Positions 13,451 through 25,929 of a DNA stretch of 64,000 nt are shown one piece after another. The notes below the pieces were generated by a model. It did not search any database. It was not told the DNA's origin and was given only the letters and a program-made list of their open reading frames with translations. Origin of the DNA: Camelus dromedarius (Eukaryota); NCBI RefSeq assembly GCF_036321535.1, contig NC_087472.1:93870001-93934000 (forward strand). Direction: 5' to 3'. Numbering within the stretch: position 1 is the stretch's first letter; the number at the start of each line of letters is the position of its first letter. Made by a program: the position numbers and the translations under genes.

Positions 13451-16400
13451 ATATTTATTTAAAATAGGCATAAGTTTTTATGTTCCTAAAAAAAGTATGA
13501 ACTATTATGCATTTCAGGATTATAAATTTTATGTAGGCTTCAAAACTGTGATATAAAGAGAAAAGGCATAATGATGTCTTAACTCACAATTTATCTTTAT
13601 TTGTTGACCCATGTAGATATGCTCATATTGGAGGGAAGTATGTGTTATTTAATAATAACTCTAAGCAGTATGTAATGCTTTGTTTATTCATATTGTAATG
13701 GTCTGAATATATATGCCTGGACCTAAGATACTCCTAACATATGTCTCCAGGAAAGGTTTAAACCAACTCTACTCTCATTAAATTCAAATGAATGCCAGGG
13801 ACTTTCATTGTTTTTGCCTCTCAGAGTGGGGCCGATTTTAGTGTGTGGATATTAATAGTGGTCCTGCTCTAGAGATTTATTCTTTTTGCACTCTTCATGG
13901 TGCGGATGCCTATTCTATGACAGCATTAAAGCAACAGTCAGGTAACAGGCCGTCTACCGTGCTGTTGTGTTTAAATAGTGGCAGGAAAGGGATCCATTTC
14001 TTTCACAAACCTAGAGACCATCAAATTCTGTTGTTTTAACATAGGGTGCTGTTTGGCAATGAGCTTGCCCGTCCTGCTTCCCTCTAACTACCTTTAAGGA
14101 CTCAGGAGAAAGGGGAAAAGGGAATTTCTCCAAATCTTGCCACGTGTTTCTTCTGTCCTTTCTCTTTCCCTATTCTCCCCTGATTTTTATGCTCACCTCC
14201 CTCCTCTCCACCATTCTCTCTCCTATTTTATGGAAACTTTTTCTTCATTGAGAAAATAAGTATTTTCCCTGATCTAGTAAAATGATGAGGAAATGAAGTA
14301 TCAAAAAAACACTTCAGGATTTTGTATTATTTTTTAAAAATTGTATCCAAGGTGGTCTAAAATGGTTAAATCGACACCCTTTAAACATTCTTAATAATTG
14401 TTCTCCTTTCCATACAACTGTTTATTTCTATTTCAGCTTTGAGAGTTTATAGTCACACAAGGTAGTTGTCACAGATGAACTCTGTAAATGTTAAGTTTAA
14501 AGAGAGGAATTGAGAATGAAAATTTTAGGTGACATCTAATGAATACTGTTTATTTAATAACATGTTTTACAAATAAAAAATATTGATGATAAATTAGGTT
14601 AGGACTTAAAATTGTATGTGAGAAATTCTCATTTTCTGATATCTAAAATATCTAGCAATTTATAAAATATTCTAGATAGGCAGAAGAAGGGAAAAAACTA
14701 TTAATTCAGCCTTATGCTTTTCTAAGTTTTTATTTGGTAGGACGGTATAACCTTTTATATCTTATGAAACAAAACTAAAATAAATTATAAAAATAGTTAT
14801 CTTTGCCTAAGTAGAGTACATCTTATAATGCCTCTCATATTTAATATATCTTAGATAAATAATCCAATTTCCCCTGTTTAAGAATTCCTTGGATAGGTGT
14901 TAGAATTTTTTTAAAGAGTAATTGACCTTTTTATTCAGCTTTAAGTAGTTCGGCTGATGAAACTTTATATGTAGCATGTTATATTTTATTTCAGAAGTAT
15001 TCCAGCTTTCTTTTCCTTTCCTGAGGCATCAAAGAGCAGTTATGGAGCTAATTATTTTTCCCATTTCTTCCTAGTTATATTTCAACCCAACTTGCATGAT
15101 GTTTCATTCTTACGAATCTTGATTGATTAGTTTGCTGCCAAGTTTTTTTTTTGGTGGGCATTTTACTGTCATAAAAACGTATGTAGTATACAGATATTGT
15201 AGAGACATTTTGTGGTTAAAATGGTGAAAGATCAATATATGAATGAGTAAAAATGTCACTTAGTCTGGGAAACCTTGTTCCAGCCTCCTGCTTCATATGC
15301 CAGGCAGATTTATTCACACTGTCTGCTGAATTCGATTTGTTCTTATTATGGTATGAAGTCTTTCATCTTTTAAATTAGTTTTATATATATATGTGTCTCT
15401 TCTGTAGATAACAAGCTTCCTGTTGACTAGGTCTAGATTTTACCAATATTTATACACTTGGTGTATAGGAGAGCCTTAACAAATGTATACTGAATTAATG
15501 CAGAAATACCCCCATGGTCTTTCTTAATACATATCCATTAATGACACATTTTTATGGGATGTTATAAATATATTATTTTAAAAGGCATAGATACCCTCTC
15601 CTTTCATGGAGTTTTAGTCAGGAGTTGAGGAAATGCATGTGCTCTGACAGCAGACATATTTTTACAAAATATATTATCAAAATGAGAATAAGATTTTTTT
15701 CTTCTAGATTTTTACTTTAAATGTATGGAAAGAGAAAAAGAATATGTTTATAGAGAAACTAAAATGAATATGACAAATGGCTTCTTAGTCTACTTTTTAT
15801 TATTGCTAATTTGGATTTGTCATCTCAGAGAAGGAAATATGTAGTATATGTTTGCAGATGCAGAATTTACTTACGATACACATAATGTAATGAAAATAAT
15901 GTATGTTTGTGTGCACGTGTGTGTATGTGTACATATATGTGCATATAGTTGTACCTATGCATATAAATCATGTAATTTTCCTGTAACTCAGTGAATTACA
16001 GAAGTTAATCTTACTGGGGTATGGCCAGAATAGTGTGATTTTGAATTACACACTCTGTTTCTTCACCATGTGCTTGAATAGAGTATGACTACAACCATAC
16101 AGACATACTTTATTTTTCTTATCCACCCAGAGAAGATAAGTATAATAAGTTATCATTTTTCAGATGCATATATCATATACTCCTTTTCCACAGTCTCTTT
16201 TTCCTCACTAATTTCCTTCTCACTGCTTATAGTTTAGATGGTGAAAAAAGTCACTTTGGACCTTTGAATATTTTGTAAAATACTGTGGTCATTTGCACTC
16301 TTTTGTCCCAGCCCCCACTCTAGGATAGAAAGAGTCAGAGCTGTTCTTATTCAGTCCACAATCCCTTTCCTAGTCCCACTTTAATTTCCTCCTCATCTTG

Positions 16401-17269
16401 GACAGAAGTAAAGACTTTATGAGTTTGAAGTCCCTTGAGATCAGGTAGGTTTAGATTCCCCCTTAGACTGGCTGATTTATTTTCATTCTTTTATTTTTTT
16501 CTTTCTTTTTAATACTTTTTATTTTTAAGTCTTAGAAAGCAGATCATGTTTGTATGTGGGGAAATTGATTTGAAATGACTGTAGAGGCTGGATATCAAAC
16601 ACATCCGTTTTGTAGCAAATGGGAGGGAAAATCTGTAAATGATTTCTAAACCCAGAGCACAGTGCCGCCTAATAGCTGCGCTAAAGAAAGAATCGGAATC
16701 ACGACCAATTATTCTCTTCTTAAATGGTGTTCACTTGTCATGTTAATTCAGGGCCACCTGTAATATCACCTTTTGTTTGTTGTTTATATACAGAAAGGGA
16801 ACTGATATTTACTGCTCGTCTAATGTGGAACATAATCTGTGTATTGGAAGTGTTGAGTGGGAGGATCTGTAGACTAATTTATGAAACATTATCATAGAAA
16901 TAAATAGCTCTCATACATGGGCATTTGCTTCTTTGTGATGCTCCAGCCTTCGCTTTACCCCTGCCCAGTTCCTCCTAATCTGTTTTTGGCCCAGATCCCC
17001 TGATCCCGATTGGTGGCTGATTTCTCCTTTTGTTCTTTGGGCAGAGAACCAGGGGAGGGCTAGTGATAGAGGTCATGTAAGGTGCGTTTTGGACCTTAGT
17101 TTGCAGTAGGTCCGCTCAGTGATGCGCTTTCCCTGGAGCTGTGCTTGAAGCCATGTCACTTCTGCCTCGGATCGGCTGTCTGATTAGGCCACATTCATCA
17201 AAGAGTGAACCTCTCTCTTGGTTCTCCAGTGCTCTTGATCACACATTTATGGACTGTCCAAGACACACA

Positions 17270-19200
17270 GCAGGGATTACTGCCAAGCCCAGTCCAACCT
17301 CTACACAGACTACTGAATTCTGAAAAGTTGTTACTACCTGTGAAATTCCCATAAAAATGAATAACCTGGACATTGAAGGGCTGAACTGAATGGCAGACCG
17401 TTTTGCAAGAGTTCTGACAGGAATGGGACAAAGCTGAGTGTACTGATTTTCTGTTGACTTTGTATTACTATACCGAAACACTGATACTTTTTGTTTTGTT
17501 TGAAGGTTGATTTCTTTTCCTATTATTCCCAACTTCCTATTCAACTCACTGAAAATTTCAACTGGAGTATTTTGAAGTAGTCTCCAGTTCTTTTATATTT
17601 TTTCTGTATTTTTAAATTTTAATTACATCAGCAATGACTGGGGTGAACTGCCCTGCTCCTGTAGAGATTGCATACAGAAATATGTGATTTCTGATTGCGC
17701 ACAGTCCAACCAATGCCTCCTTAAACAAATTCTTACAGGAACTTAAGAAAAATGGAGTTACCACCATAGTAAGAGTGTGTGAAACAACTTACAACATGGC
17801 CATTTTAGAGAAAGAAGACCTCCAGGTTCTGGACTGGCCTTTTGATGATGGTGCTCCACCATCCAGCCAGATTGTTGATAAGTGGTTAAAACCTGTAAAA
17901 AAGAAATTTTGTGAAGTCCTCGGTTCTTGTATAGTGGTCCACTGTGCTGCAGATCTTGGGAGAACTCCAGTACTGGTTGCCCTTGCATTAATCGAAAGTG
18001 AAATGAAGTATGAAGATGTAGTGTAATTCATAAGACAAAAGTGACATGGAGCTTTTAAGTATCATCCTACGATGTGCTTGCACTTCAGAAAAGTCAGATA
18101 CAATTGTTTCATCCAGTAAAAGAGCACCACCTTGATGCTCTGGCCTTGGAAATTAAACTTGAGATGGAACCTCATTTATTTTTTGATCTCAGCTATTATG
18201 GAGGCTTGGTGAATACTAAGTCCAATGAAGCTTGTGTAGGAACATTGAGGAGCAGTTTGAGCAGGCCACAGGCTTGCCAGAATTAGAGCCCTCTTGCTAT
18301 TTGATGTTATCTTGACCCTTACTAAAAGATTCTAGCTCTCCAATATTTAAAATGTGTTCTTTATTTGTATCAATCATATCTCATCAATATATAAGAAATT
18401 TAAAGTAGTGAATTGCCAAAATACCCAGCACCATACTTGTACACTTTTAGTGTCAGAGGGTCCTCAGGGGGTTATTCCTTAAGTCATTCCAAGCATTGAA
18501 GGTAGGTCCTGTGTTATCACCTGCTCACTTTATGTTTGTATCTTCCATGTTCAATCTTATATATAGTAGAGTTTGTACTACCATTAATTGTACTGGGTTT
18601 GTACAAAGTCTTAGGTGATTTTTAATTTGTTTCTGTAAATTTATTGTTTATGCTGTTATAAAAACTTCCACTTTGAAAAATCATACACACACAAAGCTTT
18701 GGTTGATAGTTCAATCTATGTTGCACAGAAGGGTATAGTTTCCAGAGGAAAAAGAATTATAGTTAATAGTTAATTTGAATTTTGCCCTTTGGAGTGCAAC
18801 TTAACAGAGAGGGCCTAAGAAAAGAATAGGCAAGGGGGTAGGGCTTTATTTCAAGTAAAATATTTCCAAATGTTTTCTAAATTTAGTAAATATTTTTAAA
18901 AGGTCAAAATACTTTCTAGTTGTAGCTACAAGTCTTGTAATAAATATTCTGGAAATCTTGTAATGTTTTGTTCTATACCTCTTAGAAGTTGTTTACCAAC
19001 TATTATTTGAATTGGAAGTTATTTTTTAAATTTTATTTATTTATTTAATGTAATAGGGAGAAGAGTAATAAATTAGTACCACACATTATTTTGTTTCAAA
19101 TAGATGTCAAAATTAGTAATAATTTTCTGTAAAGCTGTTTCAGATGATGTTCCCACAAACATTAGTAGGGGACTTAATGAAATACCTTTCAATAAATAAA
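17270..19200 (+). pseudogene. PTP4A1: Processed PTP4A1 (PRL-1) retrocopy including 5' UTR- and 3' UTR-derived sequence
   Basis: Intronless; sequence from ~17270 (ggattactgcc...) to the ATG and after the stop resembles PTP4A1 UTRs as I recall them; AATAAA signals near 19192-19200. Outer boundaries approximate; no clear TSD or poly(A). Confidence 0.8.
17634..18119 (+). pseudogene. PTP4A1: Disabled CDS of protein tyrosine phosphatase 4A1 retrocopy
   Basis: One frame reads [52 protein letters not shown]...[20 protein letters not shown]...[63 protein letters not shown] and the CxIQ end favour PTP4A1 over PTP4A2/3. Stops at 17685, 18024, 18042. Confidence 0.95.
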
Positions 19201-19510
19201 TCCATATGTTGTTTTTGTAAAATAATTAAAGTCTCATTTTACTCACTGAAATATTAAGTCATTGAATACTTTCTAAACTCTAGGCCAAGAGAAATGCCCT
19301 GGAACTCCAAGTGAAGATACAATACTGTAGTGGCCTTCACAAGATCTTGTTAAGCATTAATACAACTTCATGAAAACTGCAGGTGCATAATAGGTAGATA
19401 AGTATAAACAACCTCAGGAGCAAAAAGGTGAAACTTCACCATCACTGCTCATGGGAGAAACAGTGGTCAGACAACTTTTACAGAAAAGGACAATGCCAAG
19501 AAGGAATAGT

Positions 19511-19962
19511 GTGGTACATTGCATTACTGGTCTCGTTCCTCACTCCCCTTAATAGAAATATTCTTCCACCCCATTACTAGGACCTCACATTTGTTGAATT
19601 GCATTTCCCTGCTTTTTGAATTTGTATGTGGCCATGTATCTTGGTTTGGATGATGAAATGTTAGCTATGGTGACATAAGCAAAGGCTTGAAATGTTCCAT
19701 CACAGGTCAGCTTGGCCCTCTCGACACTTCTGCCATCTCTATTAGAAAAAAAAAAAAAATGCCCTAGTTATCCATTGCCCCTACAGTTGGGGTTGTAGAA
19801 TGATACACACACAGCAGACCTAAACTTTGTATTACTTGTAGCCAACTCCAGTTGAACTAAGAGGTACCAGCTAAGCTGAGCCTAGGCATTGAAACCTTAA
19901 GCCATTGAAAAAATGAAATGTTTTATTATGCAGCATTACTGTGTCAATTGCTAACTAGTACA
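19511..19962 (+). mobile_element. Old MaLR LTR (MLT1-like)
   Basis: tgtggta... start; 'tgtggccatgtatcttggtttgg...tgaaatgttagc'; end 'tatgcagcattactgtgtcaattgctaactagtaca'. Confidence 0.75.
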
Positions 19963-20441
19963 GTTAGCCTTTCAGCAGCTTGAAAAAAAGATGTGAAATG
20001 CAGAAATAATAATTTGTGGACAAGCTGAAACCTCCAGAATATTTGATGAATTAATTGGAGTTCATTATTACTATAATGTAATGTATGCAGGACTTAGTAT
20101 GCTTGAAGACAATGTTTGGATTTATTTAAATACATTTCAAATTGTTTCCTAAATGGTAAGGATCATGCCTCAGTTTTCATTGTGTATAAACACTTCACAT
20201 AGTACCTGATACAGAATAATCAATGCCATTGAAATAAATGAATTTAGGCACTCTAAAGCAATCACCTATAATTGTTATAAACACAATTGAACATAATCTA
20301 GCATAAAATCCTGGATTAAAGTCTTCCACATTTTGTGATCCACATTATGGTCAGCAGGTCTTTGTTTAGTTTTGTTTTAATATTAGGACCAAACCCAAAG
20401 ATGGGAGCTTGACAAACTGTTGTGTCTGAAAAATGAGGTAT

Positions 20442-21142
20442 CATTACCTAACCAGGTCCTTTTGCCCAATACACAGCAAGCCAGTGGGACACCACGTTTG
20501 CAGCCAAGAGTTTATTCCCAAGACAGCCAAGCAAGGAGATGGGAAATGAGTCTCACATCTGCCACCTCAAAGGCAAGGGGGTTGGGATATTTATGAGATA
20601 AGCAAGATGGTCCTAAGTGTGCGGAAAGGTAAAGATTGGAGGTGGAGAAAAGGTGAGGTAATTGGCGTTTTGTTCCGGTGCATCTGGGTTACTTGCTTCT
20701 GCGTATTCAAAGTGGAGGCCCTTTGTCAAGACATGGGTGGTGTAGTGGTTAGCATGGCTGCCTTCCAAAGTGGAGGCCTTTAGCAGGATCTGAGGGTGGA
20801 GTTTTCTGGCCTCCTGATATCAACAGGCCATTCTTGGGACATCTGCACAGGCCCAGTTTTAGTATTGGTGTCCTAACCAGCCTTAGCCCGCTCTCACTGG
20901 ACAAGAGCTGACTCCAGGTTCCTATAAAACAACTGGGCTACATGAAGCTGGGAAGGTAGGCAATTAAAGAGAGGAAAAGAAAGAAAACAATAAATAAATA
21001 ACTAAAACGAGCTTGCTCGGTGAAGGCAGGCTACAAGTGGAGGGGTTTTTAACAAGCTGTTCTTTAGTTGTTGCTCTTTAAGACAAACTGAAAAATTCCT
21101 GTTAATCATCAGCTTCTGTTAACTCTGTGGGGCGTGGTTTCA
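20442..21142 (-). mobile_element. ERV1-type solo LTR (~700 bp)
   Basis: Minus strand begins tgaaaccacgcccc; reverse AATAAA ('gtttattc') near 20510; 4-bp TSD gtat at 20438-20441 and 21143-21146. Confidence 0.8.
20731..20768 (+). pseudogene. 5' half of tRNA-Gly(TCC), tailless retrocopy
   Basis: acatgggtggtgtagtggttagcatggctgccttccaa matches 33/38 to the recalled tRNA-Gly-TCC 5' half GCGTTGGTGGTATAGTGGTTAGCATAGCTGCCTTCCAA; flanked by the direct repeat caaagtggaggcc (20708-20720, 20766-20778). Confidence 0.85.
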
Positions 21143-24100
21143 GTATTTCTTTCCTTACTCAAGTTTAGGATACACTGTGATAGTTAATCTACCTACATAT
21201 AATTTAATAAAACTAAAGACACTAGTTCCCGGTGAGAAATTTTGTTTTCCAATTCTTTTCCCTCTTTTTTCAACCTGAGTCCAACTATCCAAAGTGACAC
21301 CTTTTCCAGCTAATATATTATGAGTAACAAAACTCTGAAAGATGCTGACATATCCTTCTTTTTGAAGACAAATAGGCAATGTAAAGCAGTAGTAACTCCC
21401 AATTGATGCTGTTGGTGGTAAATTACAGACATACACATAACTGCTGTTTTTGTCATCTGAGTTGACATCAGGAATACAAATTGACATCAACACAATGAAA
21501 AATTAGTCCAAAATGTGGGTCATAAGAGTTTATTGTATATAAATTCTTGCCATATTAGCCCTAGCTATCTTGCTGAGAAAAAGTCATAATCTATTTTAGC
21601 AACACTAACTATGAATAATTCATTTAAGAATAACACATAGAATTTCAAATTTAATTCTGCCCTTAAACATTATTCATATACTATAATTGGGCAATTATAT
21701 ATTTTAAGATTTCTTTAATTCAATTATTTTCTCTTTTCCTTAAGTATTTTGGGTTCATGTAGACACTAAAATTGTTGGGCCTTTTTCTAATATCCTAAAC
21801 TCATGTTTCCTACTGAATATAAAATATCCAAGTTTATAGAATTACGTGTCAACCTGTATCATCTATACTGTTGTTCCAAACTATTTCATTGAAAGGCTGT
21901 GTTTAAATCAAATTTCAAGGGCAGGTAATATCTCTTTCTGAATTATAAAAAACAAAACAAAAAAATGTTTATAAACAGCCAAAATCAGTGACACATCACC
22001 ATGTCTAGAAATATATATATTTGAAAATATGTATTTTTCCATATATTTGGCTCAGTGTTTGTTTTTGTGTGTATTAGGGAGTTTGAGTTTGAGCTTGTGT
22101 TACTTAGGAAAGTTGAAAACAAGTACTTTCAAACTACTTTTCTTTAAAGTGTTTTCTCTTTTGGTAGATCTATCAAAATTGTAGTAATTTCCTCTCATAA
22201 GAGGCTATTTTGTAAGACACAAAATGTAACAGTTGTTTAACTGTTGAAGCAGTGATGATAGATTTGCTATTGAGGGAATTACAAGTATATTTTAAGTTTT
22301 GAAAAATTTATGATCCTTAATTTTTTCCTGTGCTATCTAACCCTCCTAATGCAATCACAGTTTTAGAACATTTACTTATTTAGATCTATAACAAAAATAT
22401 TCTCTAATTAAAATATTTCCTTCTTCTTCTTCCAGAACAATTGTACCCATGTAACTACAGGAATATATCACATGAGCTGCTGGTAAAAATATAAGAAGGA
22501 AGATGATGGATCTTGGATTTATATATTCTTTTTCTAAAATGTTAGTATTTTAGAAAATAATTATATTGAATTAAAATGAAAATAAGATTTAATCTCTTCA
22601 ATTTTATCTTCAGAAATTTGTGTGCTCTCCTGATTGAGTCATTAGTTATCATATTATCTTGATACAACTCTATTATGTTTAAGATTATTTACAAGTATCA
22701 TAAAGTTTGGAGCAGGTAATTCTCTCTCTCTGTCTCCATCTCTCTCTGTCTCTGTCTCTCTCTCTCACACAGACACACACGTACACTACTCATTCCCTTA
22801 AAACATTTTTGCCAAGTCATAACATCTTGGTGGTCTATATTTAGATGGATAGACAGTTTTATTCCAGTGCTTTGTATGTACATAATGTGCTGTAACACAA
22901 AGACAAGTTCAACGTTTTATTTTGTTTTGTTTTTTAACTACACAAGGATTGCCTGTTTACAATACATGCGCTGTGGAGCTTGAAAATACCTCACAGAAAG
23001 CATCACCTTGAGGAACATAAACTGTCCTACTACTTCTTTGGCAAATTTAAATGCTGTGATCAAACCCAGCAATTATCTTTCTTTATTAACAGCTATAAAG
23101 GGCCTATTTGTTTCTATGTTGGTGCTTACTAAATTGCTCTTGGTTTTACTGAGTGCCAAAATGTAAATATGTTAATGCCTCTCCATATTTGTGTATTATA
23201 CAGTTGCCAGGCTAGATATAGTTCTTCCTGAGAAAAAGTTAAATGAAATTTTTGTAGAGCAATCAATTTACAGAAAATAAGTCATATATAAAATTAACAA
23301 ATTTATTGGTATTTTTTACAGTTCGCTTTATTGAAAACATGGTCACAGTGATTAGATGAGCAAAGATAATAGTTATACTGTGTGATATCAATTGCCTGTT
23401 ATCGCAGCTGCCAAATACTTAAACAGAAGGAAAACACGGAAGCACCATCACTGTGAAGCTAATAGTTTATAATCTGTTTTGCATAAATTGAGATGGACCT
23501 GCCTATAAAGGACAAGTCGGTCTGCCTTTATACCTATAGCGAATGCTTATTTGCCTTTTAGCTCAAATATCACTAAGTACTTCCTAATCAAAGTACAAAT
23601 TTAACGTAAAGCCCTGAGAAGACATCATATTAAATTCAAATGAATGAAGTTGAGGCATAGCTCTCCTTTTGGGCTCTCAGGGTTTTTTTAAGGATTACTT
23701 TTTTCTGATAGCTTTATAGAAACATAATTCACATATCAAACAACTCTTCCACTTAATGCATAGGATTCAATGTTTTTTAGTATATATACAGAATTGTACA
23801 ACCATCACTACAATACATTTTAGGACATTTTCATCACCTCAAAAGGAAAGCCTATACTATTTAGCTATCACTCCTTAACCCCCACCCCTAAACAATCACC
23901 ATTGTACTTCTTTTTCTCTGTTTTTGCTTATTTTAGATTTTTCACATAAATGGAATCATATGGTATATGGTTTCTAGTGACTGGCTTTTTTCACTTGGCC
24001 AAATTGTTTTCAAAGTTTATCCATGTTGTAGCATGTATTAGTACTTCATTCCTTTTTATAGCCAAATACTTTTTCATTGTGTGAATATACCATTTTTTTG

Positions 24101-24600
24101 CCTGTTCATCCATTGATGAATATTGGGTTGTTTTTACCTTTTGGCTATTATGAACAATGATGCTATGAACAATCATGTGCAGGTTTTTGTGTGGACCTAT
24201 ATTTTTATTTCTTTTCATTATAAATTTAGGAGTGAAATTGCTGGGCCAAATGGTAATTCTGTTTAACTTTTTGAGAAACTGTCAGACTGTTTTCCAAAGT
24301 GATTGTGTTATTTTGCATTACCACTAACAGTGAATGAGGATTTCAGTTTCTCTACATCCTCATCGATCCTTGTTATTATCTGACTTTTTGATTGTCATCC
24401 TACTGGGTGTGAAGTATCTCACTGGTGTTTTGATTTGCATTTTCTGAGGACTAATGATACTGAACATCTTTCCATATGTTTATTGGCCATTTGTATCTCT
24501 TTGGAGAAATGTCTATTCGCATTCTTTGCCCATTTTTGATTTGGGTTATTTGTCTCTTTATTGAGTCTTAAGAATTTTTAAAAATTTTACTTATACTTTA

Positions 24601-25929
24601 TTTTTGCCTGAGAAATCATCTTTATTTTGATTTTCAGTATTTCCAGTTTTGTTGGGGTATGATTGACAAAAATTTTATATATTTAGATTGTATGTTATCT
24701 TTAAGGTGTACAATGTGATGATTTAATATACATATATATTATGAAATGATTACCACAATCAAGTTAATTAACACACCGGTCACCTCACAGTTATCTTTTT
24801 CTTTTTCTTTTTACTGTGAGAATGCAAGATTTACTCTCTTAGCAAGTTTTAAGTATACAATAGAGTATTATTAACTACAATGACCATGCTATACAGTAGA
24901 TCCCCAGTATATATTTAACTTTATAACTGAAAGTTTGTAGCATCTTTGCCAACTTCTCTCCAGCTCCCCCACCTCCAGCCCTCCGGCAACCACAATTCTA
25001 CTCTCCGCTTCAATGTTTCTATTAGTCTGAGTGTTTTAGATTCCACATATAAGTGAGATCATACAGTATTTGTTTTTCTGTGTCTGGCTTATTTCATTTA
25101 GCATAATGTCATCTAGTGTGATACTGTGATTTATAATAAATACTTATTTGGTCTTCATCCTCTTTTCTGGGGAAGAGCTTCTAAAACCCTTGGAATTTCC
25201 AAAGTGAATTGAGCAATAGATGTCTTTTGTTATGTTAATGAGGTGACTTTTGAAAAGCACCTAAGGATGGGGGCTGGTTGCCAGTGGAGCCAACTTTGTG
25301 ATTAGAGGGTTAGAACTTCCAGCCCCACCCCCGGACCTCCCAGGAGCAGAGAGGGGCTGGAGATTCAGTTCAGTTGCTAATGATCAATGATTTAATCAAT
25401 CGTGCCTATGTAATGAATCCTCTGTAAAAAACCCCAAAAGGACGGGGTTTGGAGAGCTTCTGGATTGGTGAACACAGGTAGATTAGGGGAGAGTGATGCT
25501 CCTGGAGAGGTCATGGAAGATCTCTGCTCTTCACATATACCTGGTCCTATGCATCTCTTCTACATGACTCTTCCTGAGTTACATCCTTTTATAACACACT
25601 GGGGTGCTTGTAAGTAAAATGTTTTCTGCATTCTATGAGTAGCTCCAGCAGATTAAACCCAAGGAAGAAGGGGGTCCCGGGAACCTCGGATTTATAGCCA
25701 GTCTGTCAGAAGTACAGTTAATAATCTAGGCTTGTGACTGGCTTCTGAAATTCTGTGGGTGAGTGGGGCAGTCTTGTAGGATTAAGCCCTTTTTATGTGG
25801 AATCTGATGCTATCGCCATGTAGACAGTGCTGGAATTGAGTTGGTGTAGGGACGTCTACACAAACACATGTTGGAATTAGTTCCAGAAAACCTAAAGATC
25901 TATGTTCATCCATGTTGTCACAAGTGGCA
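24601..25929 (-). mobile_element. L1MA-type 3' end nested in the older L1
   Basis: New T-rich tail and 3' UTR (taccacaatcaagttaattaacaca...cacctcacagttatc); TSD acttatacttta (24589-24600) / acttatatttta (25930-25941). Confidence 0.8.
25118..25897. mobile_element. MER21-like LTR nested in the L1MA-type element
   Basis: 'tgtgatactgtgatttataataaa...agagcttctaaaacccttggaatttcc', 'aggatgggggctggttgccag'; splits the L1 motif gcataatgtcatctag|gttcatccatgttgtc. Confidence 0.8.

Noticed and set aside
17775..18026. 83-aa ORF as a functional PRL phosphatase
   Set aside because: It is the stretch between nonsense codons of the retrocopy; GTG start, lacks the N-terminus and CaaX end.
20731..20768. Functional tRNA-Gly or retroviral primer-binding site
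   Set aside because: Only the 5' half is present (no T-arm/B box); a PBS is complementary to the tRNA 3' end and lies outside the LTR.
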